From Anolis carolinensis (taxonomy: Eukaryota), in the NCBI RefSeq assembly GCF_035594765.1, contig NC_085844.1, forward strand, positions 67,347,923 through 67,411,922: DNA of 64,000 nt. Direction: 5' to 3'. The translations under genes and the position numbers were made by a program. How positions within the stretch are numbered: position 1 is the stretch's first letter; the number at the start of each line of letters is the position of its first letter. Under the pieces are notes generated by a model. That model saw only the letters and a list, made by a program, of their open reading frames with translations. It was not told the DNA's origin and made no database searches. This document shows, one piece after another, positions 51,300-64,000 of the stretch.

Positions 51300-51414
51300 G
51301 TAACTGAGCTGCACAACATCAAAAACATAACCAGACTGCCTCGAGAGACAAAGAAGCATGCAGTGGCAATTATCTTTCATGATGAGACGTCAAAGACATT
51401 TGCCTGTGAGTCAG
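51300..51414 (+). CDS. DOK6: Docking protein 6, coding exon 3 (PH domain)
   Basis: 115 nt between cattttaAG and GTaagc; translates to [38 protein letters not shown](+1 nt), continuing exon 2 in frame; exons 1 and 4 not found in the window. Confidence 0.96.
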
Positions 51415-52089
51415 GTAAGCAATTATTACTGCATCTTCAGCTTGAGTAAATTGAGCTGCTTATGAAACAAAGCTTCAGATGGATTAAGATATAGCATTTA
51501 AAGAGACTGCCTTATCTTAATGGGAAAGTGCCACCATATCTTTCTTTAGCATGCAGCATTAGATATCTGTGTGTGTGCGTGTGCATGTGCGTGCGTGCAT
51601 GCATGCATATTTCTTCCCTATTTTAAAAAGATCCGTTTTTGTCCTTGTTTATTATTTGCCTCTAACTTGGTTTGGCCCCAGGATGGATGGAAAACTCTTG
51701 AGGCTTTCAGCTAAAATTCCAGAATTGAGTAAACAATGCCTATGGGATGTTATTAAGACAAGAAGTGATGTGAAATCTCATTTATTTGCCAAGTATTGCT
51801 GTAAGCATTTGCTAGGATAGTAATAATCTTGTCACTGTGAAAGAGCAGGAAAGAACAGCTAAAATCCAGGATGTATTGAACTTCAACTTCAACTTGTTTA
51901 TGATTAGATTAGCTGTTCAGTACAACAAATAAAATTTGTTTATGATTCATTAAATTACTTGCCATTGAGGAGAGAAATCCTTTTTTGTTTTTAAATAATA
52001 ATAATTATATAGAAATAAATGATATTATTGATAAGCAAGTCCAGTATTGTAATTAGCTTTCTTTTACTCTTTACAACAATGCCTATGTC

Positions 52090-52263
52090 TTAGAATCATA
52101 GAATCGTAGAGTTGGAAGAGACCTCACGGGCCATCCAGTCCAACCCCCTGCAAGAAGCAGGAAATCTCATTCAAAACATCCCCGACAGATGGCCATCCAG
52201 CCTCTGCTTAAAAGCCTCTAAAGAAAGGAGCCTCCACCACACTCCGGGGCAGAGTTCCACTGC
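52090..52263 (-). mobile_element. CR1 3' end, short copy
   Basis: Nearly the same sequence as 49323-49495. Confidence 0.9.
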
Positions 52264-52419
52264 CGTCAATATATTATGTTGACAACATAAGAAGAACTCA
52301 TCAGACCAAATACCTATCTACTATCTAGCTCAGTGTACTGATTTCCACCGTATCTAACAAGTATTCTGTGGAAAACCCTCTTCCAGTGGCTTCCTAAATA
52401 TGTAAAAAAGCATAGGGAT

Positions 52420-53700
52420 AGTATTAATCCTTGTGGAAGTTCACAGGTTAATGTCCCGTATGCTGATTAGCAGTCCTGCAGTGCCATTCTCTAGAAACAG
52501 TCAACCAAGAAAGACTGGAAACACTGCAACAGACACAGTTCCATAACAGACAAATTCAGACAAAGTTACATAACAGCCAAACAACCCAAAAAGATACCAT
52601 GATCAATGGTATCAAATGCTAAATTGAAAGACCAACAAGAACATAATCTACCTGTCCAACACCTCAGTGAGTTTGGCTGGGTGGCCCTTGTGGTCTTTTC
52701 CACCTCTGTGATTCTGTAACCAAGCCTAAATCCAGACTGCAATAGATACAAGTAATCTGTTTCCTTCTAGAATGCTTGGAGTTGTGTTGCAATTGCTCAT
52801 TCTAGGACCTCACCTAAAAAATGATATGGCTTATAGTTAGAGGCTGACTAACAGTTACTTAGAGCAGTGAGTTCAATTAGTGTTTTTTCTAACCAAAGTC
52901 TCACTGTTGCTTCTTTTAAAGAGGATGGAATGTAGCCCTCTTTCAAAGAACACTTAGAACTTCCACCTTCCAACTGGTCTGTCCTTTTCAAGAAGCTTTA
53001 ATTAACTACAGCAGACATGGGTTTAACATAACTTCTCCGCATCATCATGTTGAACAAACTGAAATCCATAAAAACTGCAAAGTACATCCCACCATTACCT
53101 TCCCAAAATCTACCTTCAACATGCAGTCCAAGTCTGAATAAATCCAAACAAGTAGGTGATTTGTTGTAGCACTTTTCTGAGGGTTTCCCATCAGCATTCT
53201 GATGGTTAGGATGCAGTGGTCCTTTAATTATCCAGTACAACTGCATTGGACAAGATTGAGCTGATGTAACAGAGGCAGCAAAAATTATTTCTTTGCTGTC
53301 CTCAGTGCTGCAAAGTAAGTTCTAAAATGCCTTCAATCAATGCTCAAACAGATTCAGCTTCTGTCTTTCTCCACCATCACTCTAGTTGTCTACCCACATT
53401 ATTGTCCTGGGCTCCTCAGAAGACCAAGGAACTGTGGTCTGCATCTTGATAAAGAACCCTTGGGAGCAATTGTGTCAATTGACCTGGTCATTTCTCAATT
53501 CCAAAGCTTAACCAGAGCATCAGCAGAATCACCAACTCTAGCATCTGGATTCAGGAATCCTTCTAGATCTGTTTATTGCTGCCAGGAAATTTTAATCAAT
53601 GCAGTACTCTTACAGAGTTTGAGGGTCCCTACAAGTTTGGTGGACATAACTGTCAATCCCCTGAAACAATTCCAAAAGTCCAGTGAGGGAGGATGTCTGT
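52420..53700 (-). mobile_element. Degraded L2 LINE, with a CR1 tail (+) inserted at ~52660-52716
   Basis: LLQSGFRLGY and AFDTIDHGIFL motifs on either side of a CR1-tail-like piece; outer limits approximate. Confidence 0.6.
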
Positions 53701-53750
53701 TTAAAAAATTAGTGGTCATCTCTCTACAGGAACACTTATTCTTCAGTGTA

Positions 53751-54091
53751 CAGTGTTCCCTCACTACTTCGCGGTTCACTTTTCGGGGATTTGCTGTTTT
53801 GCGGTTTTTCAATAAACTCTAAACGACTATTATAAATTTAAAAATTACAATTTATAGCCTAAGGAAGGGAGGAAGGAGAAACCAAAGGGAGAGAAAAGGA
53901 GCCCAAGTGGCAACAGGAGGAGAAGGAGGTGATTTATCAACACACAATTGGTTGATAAAGACTTAAAATAGTGTATAACTGCTAAAATAATGTATAAATA
54001 TTAAAGTAAATATAGTGTCCCTACTTCACAGATTTTCACTTATTGCAGGTGGTCCTGGAACCTAACCCCAGTGATAAGTGAGGGAGCACTG
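53751..54091. mobile_element. pogo/Tigger-type MITE
   Basis: TIR CAGTG(T/C)TCCCTCACT, TA flanks. Confidence 0.85.
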
Positions 54092-54504
54092 TACTTGATA
54101 ACACAGCCCAACCCCCACCCCCACCCTCCAAAAAAAAGAAAAACAGTTTTTTCTTAGTGTCTTTTGGGCCTGTTGTTAGGGTTGTTTGGGGTTCTGGTTC
54201 TTCATTAGCTCTAGTTTCTTAGATATGGTTATCATGATTTTCTATGGGTGAGCAGTTAGCAACTGGTAGATGACATATGTTCTGTATCTCAAAAACTAGA
54301 GCTGATAGAGGGAAACGGGTGTCAATTCTGGAATCAGCAGGTCAGATATACCCAGAAACAGGGCTAATATTTGAGGCATCAAAATGTGTGTTGGCCAGTG
54401 ATTTATCTGTGATGCTGTTTTCCACTGGTTTAACTAGAATAGATGTTAAGATAGCTGGTTCATAATTTCCTGGCTCACTCCCATGCCTCATGTAAATATG
54501 TCAA

Positions 54505-54651
54505 TAAAAGGTAAAGGTTTTCCCCTCACATTAAGTCTAGTAGTGTCCGACTCTGCGGGTAGCTGCTCATCTCCATTTCTAAGCCAAAGAGCCGGCATTT
54601 TCTGTGGACACCTCCTAGGTCATGTGGCTGGCATGACTGCATGGAGCACCA
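54505..54651 (-). mobile_element. Sauria SINE, 5'-truncated
   Basis: Same tail as the 28722 copy. Confidence 0.85.
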
Positions 54652-55675
54652 TCAATAAAAAAAACTATCTATCTATCTATATTCAAATCTTAGAAGTAGG
54701 AACCATTGTAAGACACTTGAACTATAGCAAGCTGCATACTTTGAAAAGTTTCTAATTCATCCAAGTATATTTTTATACAGTAGTGCTGTGGAAGTGTAAC
54801 TAAGGAAGATATTATAATGGAACTAAAAAAATGAGTTTCTTAGAGAAGGCTGAAGTCAGACCTTTAAAGACTTTAACTGTGCCCAATTCAAAAGATGTGA
54901 TGAGATTGAACCCAATCAGTTGTGAGTTTTCTTCCCAGAGTATGAGAACTACCTACCATCATTAATTCAACCTTCTCTAGATTCTATTACACATAGAGGT
55001 CATTTTGATCAGTATGTTGGAGTCAAACAATTCAGTATCTTTTCATCTAGTAGCTTAAAATATAGCCGAACAGAAGAGGAAGTAAAAAGGAATGGAACTT
55101 CATAAAAAGTTTTAAGCCATATTTGTTTTAGTAACAGCAGTAGTGACTTTTGGAGTGATAGTGGATATCTACATAGAACTGTTTTATCTGAGAGTGACAT
55201 AAATTTGATTTTCAAATTAAAGCAAAGACATTTCGTTCACCTGAAAAATTCCAAATCTCTGAATGTTTCAGAAGAGCTGTTTAGTTTTGGAAAGATTCAA
55301 ATGCTGGCTTCCCAGTTCATATTTCGGTGATTCATAATTCTGAATTACCCAAATCTCCCAAAATACGAAACGACTTCTGAAATTTTGCACACCCCTATCC
55401 TGAAATAATTTTTGATTTTGGCATTTCAGATAAAGGAAGCTCCATTTGTATATAATTTGCAGAATTTGGAAGCCACGTTTGGGGGGTGAGGGGAGAAAAA
55501 AGCTTGGATGAAGAACCTCCAAATTTTTCTGTGCCCCTCCACTCAGACACATCTCTTCTCTGATCTGGCAAACTATTTCACTGATTCCAAGAAAATGTTA
55601 CTGAGAGACAAGAACTACATATGTAACAAATCCACACCTGATTCCAACTCACTTCTCACCCACTCATGTTTGACA

Positions 55676-55734
<59 letters not shown>

Positions 55735-57868
55735 CTTCAGCATGTCTATCTTGTTTGCTGTGTCATACAATAAAATAATGATTTTATTTATATCCCACTC
55801 CCTCTCCCCGCAGGATCTCGGAGCAGCTCACAACAGTATAAAATCACAAAAAATATAATAAATAGATATTTCAAATTAAATTCACAACCAACAATAAGCA
55901 AATTACAAAAATTAATCAAACCATAATAGACAAAGAAGGACTTTGTATATAAAAGATAAAATACATAAATACTATAATACTTACTTCCACTGTGCTATTA
56001 CTGATGTGACATCTGCTGGCCATGTGTTAAGAGACCTCTGGCGGATATATGTCAGCATAGTGGCAAACCTCCAACCTCACCAACAAATTGCATTTACTGC
56101 AATGTTTTAGTCCCTCCATAATGACCTGTATGGGATGCTGGGTATGCACCCTTAAAAGATGGTTCTTTTTTTCCATTCATACACTTAAGAAATTAAGGAG
56201 TGGTTCATTCTTAAATTAAGAAAATTAAACTAAACAAACCTTTCAAGAATAGGCCTTGTGTCTATTTTATAACTTTTAAAATAGGAGTAGATTTTTTCCC
56301 TGATCATTCTTCTGCACACTGCTGATTTCATTCGGAAAACATCAGAGGAGCAAACATCAAATCATTTTGCAAAGCCACGGTAAATCTTACAGATTTAAAT
56401 GACTAGGGAATTAAACCATCTAAGCAGTAAAGACTATATTGTTAATGCTCCCAATGGGCTAGATTGTCATTAACTCCCATGAGACGTAATTGTGGAAGCA
56501 AAACAAGTAAACATTTGCTGCTGATATATATTCATACATGTGGTAGGTTCATGGATTCTCAAGAGATAATAATGCAGCCAGGGACTATATTATTACAACT
56601 TACTACAATCTGCAGTTTCGTTAAATCCAGGTAGCATTGCAACAAGTTGGCTTTTACAGTCAGAGGTGTTTGCTGGAAATAATATCTGAACTGCACTTTA
56701 TTTCATTGTCCAGGTTATATGAAGTGAATTAAACCACCATATTTAGCTAACTGACTTAATGTTGCCAAAGTAATACAGTATATTTATTTTTCTCTTTAAT
56801 GGCTTTCTGTTAAAAAAAAAACAGCCCCATTTTGTTGCATCTGTTGCAGAGGGAGGTAAAGACAAAGAAAGAGTAAGATCATATAGGTTCTACCATAGCA
56901 CTATTGCATAAACCTGAAAGGTGATCTTGTTTTGCTGTTCTTACAGATTGCTCATACAAAGTTAGAGGTCTGGTTTTGTAGCAGCAGTCAGAATCTAAAG
57001 GCAATGTGTCAGCTTGCATATCACAAAACAAAAAGGAACTATTCATTGAATTCCTTTGTCGAATTCATACATGTTTTCCATTTATGTTTTGCCTTTTTCT
57101 GTGCTGTGCAGAAAATTCCCCCCATTCAGCTACTGACCAGAGCTAGACCTACTTTGCTTCACCAAATTTTCTGGAACATGAGCCTTCAGTCTTAAATGTT
57201 TTTCCTAGTCTTGACTCTACATTCAGAGCAATTTCAAAACTTTAACAGAATGGATAAAGCTTCTTCAAAAATGACCATGGCATAATCATGTGTTTCTCAA
57301 TGTTACTGTCTATTCAGGAATTGCCCTTACTGCGAGTATTCCTTATACATATAATCCAAAAAAAGTTTTTTGTTCACTGTGTCTATTAAGCTTTATATAA
57401 TTCTCAATGACTACCACCTTTTCCAATTTTGGATTTTTGAGGAAACTGGTTTTAAACAGAAAAGAAAGACTATAAAAATATAATGGCAGCTCTGTCACAA
57501 AAGTCTCGACTAGCTTCATCTAAAGAAAAAACAAATATATGATAATTTAACTTTGTCACTCTGGTTAAATGAAAGTGAGGAATTCCTTCACATGGGTATT
57601 GGTTTTGCCTGTAGACCCAGTAAATCGTAATAGAGATGCAGTTATTGGATTTAAGTGAGTGACTTGTAATAATTGTAAGCAAGATCTGCACACCTCTGTA
57701 AACATAACGTATTTATGATTTCCATGACTATAAGGATACTACTATCAAACAATACAATTTTGCATGACCAGTTGACTCATTTTAGTACCCTCAACATTTC
57801 TGCTTTCTGTTTTGTTTACCTTTTACTACTCTTTCAGAGATTTTTTAAATGTTTTTAACTGTAAGGAT

Positions 57869-58632
57869 ATTTATTTATCATATCAGACATGAACAAAGGA
57901 TACAGTTGTAATGTATTTAGAAATGCAAACACGGTTTTAAAAACTTGGCGTTATACTAAATGTCCTTTAACCAGTATCTAGCCACTTGGAGCCCCTCTGG
58001 TGTTGCTATAAGAAGGTCCTCCATTGTGCATGTGGCAGGGCTCAGACTGCAGTGTAATAGGTGGTCTGTGGCTTGCTCTTCTCCACACTCATATGTCGTG
58101 GACTCCACTTTGTGGCCCCATTTCTTAAGGTTGGCTCTGCATCTCGTGGTGCCAGAGTGCAGTCTGTTCATCACCTTCCAAGTCTCCCAGTCTTCAGTGT
58201 GCCCACGAGGGAGTCTCTCATACAGTATCAGCCATGGCTTGCCATGCAACTTTTGGATTCTCGCTTGCTGGGGTGTTCCTGCAAGTATCTCTGTAGATCT
58301 CAGAAAACTATTTCTTGATTTAAGGCATTGGCATGTTGGCTGATATCCAAACAGGAGATGGGTTGGAGATGTCACTGCCTTGGTCTTTTCATTATCGGCT
58401 GCTACTTCCCGGTGGATGTCAGGTGGTGCAATACCAGCTAAACTGTATAATTTCTCCAGTGGTGTGGGGCGTAGACATCCTGTAATAATACAGCATGTCT
58501 CATTAAGAGCAACATCTACTGTTTTAACGTGGTGAGATGTGTTCCACACTGGGCATACGTACTCAGCAGCAGAGTAGCAAAGTGCAAGGGCAGTTATCTT
58601 CACTGTATCTGGTTGTGATCCCCAAGTTGTAT
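57869..58632 (-). mobile_element. Vingi (ingi/I-group) LINE 3' end
   Basis: ORF 57956-58603: TALALCYSAAEY.CPVW, IITGCLRPTP, AGIAPPDI, NRL.SG, degenerate C-terminal C.CG....TDHLL.C zinc motif. Confidence 0.85.
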
Positions 58633-61143
58633 GAATGGTTTCATTGTTTTAAAAAGTGATCTTCATATAACTATTGCTATTGGTTTTTAAAAATGCTTTT
58701 ATGGTGTACTGTCTTTTTTGCATCCCCTTGTTGGGGGGGAAACACACAATATAAACGATGATGATGATGACGATGATGATGATGATAGAAGTCTGCCAAC
58801 AGCAATTGACTGAAAGATAATACTTTTGAAGAAGCTTACTGCTCACTTGTGTGAATGAATGAGTTTTCTTACAAGGTGACACACAATGTTCAAGTATTTA
58901 TTTATTTATCTATTTAGAATACTTATTTAGACTCCAAACATCCCAGTCATAAAAACGATGTGAAACAGTTCTGAAAAAATATAAATAATATAAAATAATT
59001 GACAATTTTAACAGCAGAGGACACAAAGGAAAGGCAATCCTGAAATTCAGTAGATCAAAACGAAGCCATTATCAGTAATTTCCAAAAGCTTAGGAAATCA
59101 TTTAATCTTAACGTTGTGGCAGCAAAACAGCCAACAGCTGTAGCCATTGGGCTTTTGTATTTCATCATGTATGCTTGAAAGAACTGCCATTTTTTCAGAT
59201 TGCAGTCATTCCATACCACAGTTATGGCCAATTTCCACCTACGGATTAGAGAAACCCTTCAAACCTATTTAGACAGGCCTTCAGTTGGCAAGCATACAGT
59301 TTGCCACCAAGAAGAGACTTACCTGCTTGATAAAGCCTGCCAGGATTTATGCCTTGATAGTCCACAGTCATTTACCACCACAAAGAAGCAGGTGTTAAAA
59401 TTTCTGGACAGGAAAGAAGTGCTTGATGCAAAATCTTCTTAATTCAGTTCACATGATAAAGAAGCAAGTAACAAAACAATATTTTATCTATGTATGAAAT
59501 TGTTTCTTGTCTTTAACATCTCCAGAAACAACAGTCAGCAGGTAACAAAACTGACTTTTAAGAATGCTTTCCCCTAGTTAGAACTTCTTTGTGACCAGGT
59601 TCCCTTCCTAAAAGCTGCCATATTTTACAAAACTTAACAAACTAGCTTTTGAGGACATTTTTGATCATGTTTGCAAGATGATATAAAACTTTTACAGTAG
59701 ATTTTACCATACAAAGTTGTTGAATAAAGTACCATATTCCATCCAAATTCTTAAAATATTGCATATATAACACTGTCTTTGTTGTGATTCAAAAACTCCA
59801 TGATTATTGTCCTGACATAAAGAAGGGTCAGAGAGTATATTTCATTGCGTCATGGCATATCGTGTGAAAAATTACCATCAGTAACTTTTCCATCAAGGAA
59901 TTAGCAAAGAAAGGCTTGACCCAGTTTGGCACTTTGAATGCAAACAAACTATAAATTATCCTGGCTCAAAAGTTTGTGAGCAGCAATGTCTGGTTTTAAA
60001 AAATATTTGATGTATGTTTATTATATACCAATGAAATCACCATGATTCCTTATTCTTTGGCGTGTAAAATACAGAACCTCTTACCGAGAATATCATTTAT
60101 ATCAATGACTTCTTGGAGTCTATGAACCAGAATATTTGATAGATAGTCTTTTTTTCTTAGCCATGGAAGGTTAAACTCACCATCCTTCTCATTTTCTTTT
60201 CTCCTGCCTCTTTCTAAATAGCCTCCAGTTAGAGACCTTAAAAATGCTAAAGTGTACACATTATATACTTATATTTTCAGATAAGAGAGATAAATAAATG
60301 GTGGTAGATAAGTAACTTGGTTGTATAATTAGGTCATGACATGGTCAATTATGAAAAAGTTGTGATTCATATGAGGGTAAAGTAAGGAAGTAATGTTATA
60401 TTCTGAGAGATAAAAGTACTCCAATCCCAAGAATGATATTTGGCTCGCACTACTGCCTGGGCAAGCACTGTCATTTGCTTTAAATGACTATTTCTCTGTT
60501 CAGTTAATGAGTTTGGAAAGCTGAACATGAGTCAGCCTAATCCATCCAGACTTTAGCAGGGTCAGGCACTAAGCCTGGAGGGAAATTACTCAAGATGGCA
60601 TATAGACTTTTGTGATGATTCTCAAGTTCTGTGGAAGCCTGTGAATCTGGCACATGATTCTTGCCAATTTCTTAGGGTAACCAGCTTGTTTTAAGATTAT
60701 GTTTTACAAGGTCTTTGTGTGAATTTGATGGGAGAAAAGCAGATTAAGTCTGATAATGTATTCTAAAGTTAAATATAACCATGCATTCAGAGAATTCAGT
60801 CAACACAAACTATAATCCTCCATCCATGTGCCCAAGTAGCAAAAAATCAGACAGCTTAATATTGTGCGTTAGAGTTAGTTGCTAAGGTTCAAGCCGTTTG
60901 ATATGTAAATGCTGCAAGCATAGAAGTGTTTTCCAATCCTATCACATTACATATTGCCTTTTACAACTACTACTGATCTCTAGTACCAAGGCTCATAAAT
61001 GATCCATATGATAAAATACAAAAACCATAACAGATTCTGCTAGCCAAAAATCCCTGTCCTGTTCTTAACCCAAACCTCATGATCATTAGATTAGCAATTA
61101 GACCTTCTAGCCTAGCATTTTGGTAATACTTGAATATTGTTGG

Positions 61144-61995
61144 CAGAGCCGGCCCTAGGTATTTTTCAAGTGTAGGCGAACAGAATTTTGGCGTTCCCCC
61201 CCCCCCCAAACCAATCACTGAAAAATAAAAGTGTTGGATAAGCAAAAATGTTGGATAATAAGGAAGGATAAAGGAAAAGCCTATTAAACATCAAATTACA
61301 TTATGATTTTACAAATTAAGCACCAAAACATCATATTTTACAACAAATCAACAAAAAGCAGTTCAATACATGATAATGTTATGTAGGAATTACTATATTT
61401 GCGAATTTAGCACTAAACATTGAACAGGGATATAGGGCAGTGTGGACTTAGATAACCCAGATAGCCCTCAGTATTAAAAAAAACTCTAAAATCAGGACAA
61501 TAAATAAAGAACAACACTCTGAAAACAGAAGAAATCCAGACAGTAAACAATTAGGGACAGCTAACTCCTCCCAAAAAAAGATTCTCCCAGGCAAGAAGAA
61601 GCAAGGCCTTGAAGCCACAGGTCCATTAAATGCTAATCAAGGTGATTAATTACAACATTCACACCTGCTTCAAAGAAAAGTTCTTTCTCCCACCCTGGAC
61701 CTTCTACACATATATAAACCCCACATACCTAGCTTCCAAGTTCCCACAGACCTCACAATCTCTGAAGGCCCCAAAGGTGGGCTCGCGTGGTGCGAAGGTG
61801 GGTCCACGCCGGCCGGAAGGCCCAGCGCGGGCACCGGGAGGCCCAGCGCGGCCGCTGGGAGGCCCAGTGTGGCCGCCGGAAGGCTCGAAAGAGAAGGAGG
61901 CAGAGAGTGGTGCCCTCCTCCCAGGACGATGGCGCCCCCAGGACGATGGCGCCACAGGCAAGTGCCTAGTTTGCCTTATGGTTGGACCGCCTCTG
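61144..61995. mobile_element. Composite hAT-type non-autonomous element
   Basis: TIR CAGAGCCGGCCC / CAGAGGCGGTCC, 8-bp TSD ATTGTTGG (61136-61143, 61996-62003). Confidence 0.85.
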
Positions 61996-62311
61996 ATTGT
62001 TGGTATTTTATCTGTAGAGCCATTTATTTAAATGGCTTCCAAAACTTTGATCACATCCATAGATTCTGGGCCTCTCTGGATCACATCCATAGATTCTGGG
62101 CCATTCACCTCCGAGTAGGCTCGGAGGTGAATGGACTCTGTGGCCATTACACAATGCATTTGCCTTAACATGGGAAAAAACGCTTAATGTAGCCTTGTTC
62201 AATGGTAAGAAAAGTTGTGGAATGCTCTAGAGAAGTGGTTCTCAACCTGTGAGTCCCCTTGTAGTACAAATATAACTATTTTCATTCCATGGTCATTATT
62301 TGACCCTTCTA

Positions 62312-62521
62312 CAGTGGTCTCTTAGTGTCTGCTGGTGTTTGGTTCCAGGAGCCTGCAAGAATACTAAAATCTGTGGCTGCTCAAGTACCATTCTATACAG
62401 TGGCATAGTAAAATTTAAAATGGCAAAATTTAGGTTTTCTTGTTGGATGTTTACAAATATTATCAAGCCATAGATGGTTGAATACATATACACAGAATTC
62501 ATGGATATAGGGGGCTGACTG
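62312..62521. mobile_element. pogo/Tigger-type MITE (degenerate)
   Basis: TA|CAGT...ACTG|TA ends; related fragments at ~6163-6243 and ~43974-44054. Confidence 0.6.
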
Positions 62522-63703
62522 TACCTATATTTACTTTGTACCACAAGGCAGTGGTTTTAAAAAAATAAATTCCCATAAAAAGTAAATGAATTGTAATTAT
62601 TTCAATTCATTTTTTAAAAATAAATATTTTAAAAGTAATTTTTAAAATACTTTTGGAGACCTAGATAATATAACTAATTACTTCTTAAACTGTTTAACTA
62701 CTAATTGCATTGTTGATATCTTTCCTTACATATAATGAAAGAATAATGTTTGCTGCGGATGTATGAGCCGTAGTCTCGATCCTGTCTTTCTTTTATTTAG
62801 CCAGAATACAACACTGAATCATAATGCCAAGACAGATTCGCATGGCATTTAGACTAGTCATTCTTGGAACTACTCTGAGATTCAGGAACTATGCTTACAG
62901 TAGTTGCCTTAATAGCTTGAATAGCACAGGGCATAAAAGAGAGTCCTTTGATACAGAAGCACTTACTCCATATTTCAAATACTCAAGAATTAACTTTCTA
63001 TTTTTAGACAAACCAGTCTTCTCTGAGCTATCCTAATTACAATTAGCTATGGACGCTTGCTTCTCTTTGGCAAAGTCTGAAACCTCTGTACCACCCTGGT
63101 TAAAGGATGAAAGCTTTTGCTATAAATTAGGACTGCAGCATTTAAATAATTAAGCAGTTCAATGTTGTTGTTGTTTTATAGAAGAATTTAATCAGCAAAA
63201 AGGTTTCTTCTGATAAATCGGGCAAAGTGTGTCTATATTAAAACTATTATCTATATCTATATTACATTGGTTACATTTACTTATCTCTATACATTATCGT
63301 AGGGATAAATACAAATGCATCTGATAAAAGATATATATTTTCTTTTTAGAGGATGCATATATGTGTCATAGAAGAGGTACTTCTAAGAGACATAACATTT
63401 TAAAGAAGTGATTTCTGTGCCCACCATTTATAGACACTTATTCTTTGATTTATGCAACATGAAAACAAGTTTTTCCAAAGAGGGAATATTTTAAGCATAT
63501 GTGCATAGTTAAAAAACCAATATATTCATTCAGATGTATTGACTTTTATCTCTATGAAGATATATTGCAATGTAGATAAATGTAACCAATAATGAATTCC
63601 TGTTCATACAATGAATCGATTTTAACATTTTAATCCTGTTGTAACTATAATATATTTACAAATATAAGGGAATATTGCTATACTAACTGGAGTTTGGAAA
63701 ACT

Positions 63704-63823
63704 GAGGTCCCTTCTACACTTCAATATAATCTAGATTGTCAAAGCAGATAATCCACATTATCTGCTTTGAACTGGATTATATGAGTCTACACTGCCATAT
63801 AATCCAATTCAAAGCAGATAACC
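63704..63823. mobile_element. MITE fragment (GGCCCCTTCTACAC family)
   Basis: Same end motif as 29221 and 29388. Confidence 0.65.
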
Positions 63824-64000
63824 CAAAGTAGCAACAATTGACCTTTGTTCTCAAGACCATAGAAGTAACATACTCTGGGTGCATCTACACTGTAGAATTA
63901 ATGCAGTTTATCACCACTTTAATTGCCATGGGTCAGTGCTATGGAATCATGGGAGTTTACTTTACAAGACCTTTAATACTTTAATACTTTATTTTTCTAT

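Noticed and set aside
53340-53822. 160-aa ORF
   Set aside because: Spans antisense decayed L2 and a MITE junction
61740-61770. Hammerhead ribozyme in the Penelope-like segment
   Set aside because: The segment stops at ...tctctga, and the rest of the core (GA...GAAA) is absent
51415-64000. DOK6 exon 4 (ELEAEEWCK...)
   Set aside because: Not found by eye; presumably beyond the window

Overview
Vertebrate genomic DNA, with a repeat landscape typical of a squamate (Anolis-like: Sauria SINEs, BovB, Vingi, L2, CR1, Rex1, many MITEs). The window lies inside the DOK6 gene (+ strand). It contains two small coding exons that the ORF track misses, 23012-23119 (exon 2) and 51300-51414 (exon 3), both in the PH domain. 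Everything else is intron. The introns carry the 5' half of a Ty3/Gypsy (Sushi/chromovirus-like) retrotransposon whose gag is split by an L1 insertion, a non-autonomous Helitron, an RTE-BovB LINE, L2/CR1/Vingi/Rex1 copies, nested hAT and pogo-type MITEs, and a 4.8-kb apparently very young non-coding endogenous retrovirus. The ERV has apparently identical 415-bp LTRs, a tRNA-Trp PBS, a 4-bp TSD and an unusual TA start. Nearly all ORFs in the track are TE fragments or chance ORFs. I found no convincing novel multi-gene system. The most notable structures are the non-autonomous ERV, the Gypsy -1 frameshift/pseudoknot signal, a composite hAT element carrying other TEs, a local fold-back inverted duplication, and a recursive-splice-like start of DOK6 exon 3. 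All family names come from my own motif recognition, not database searches.
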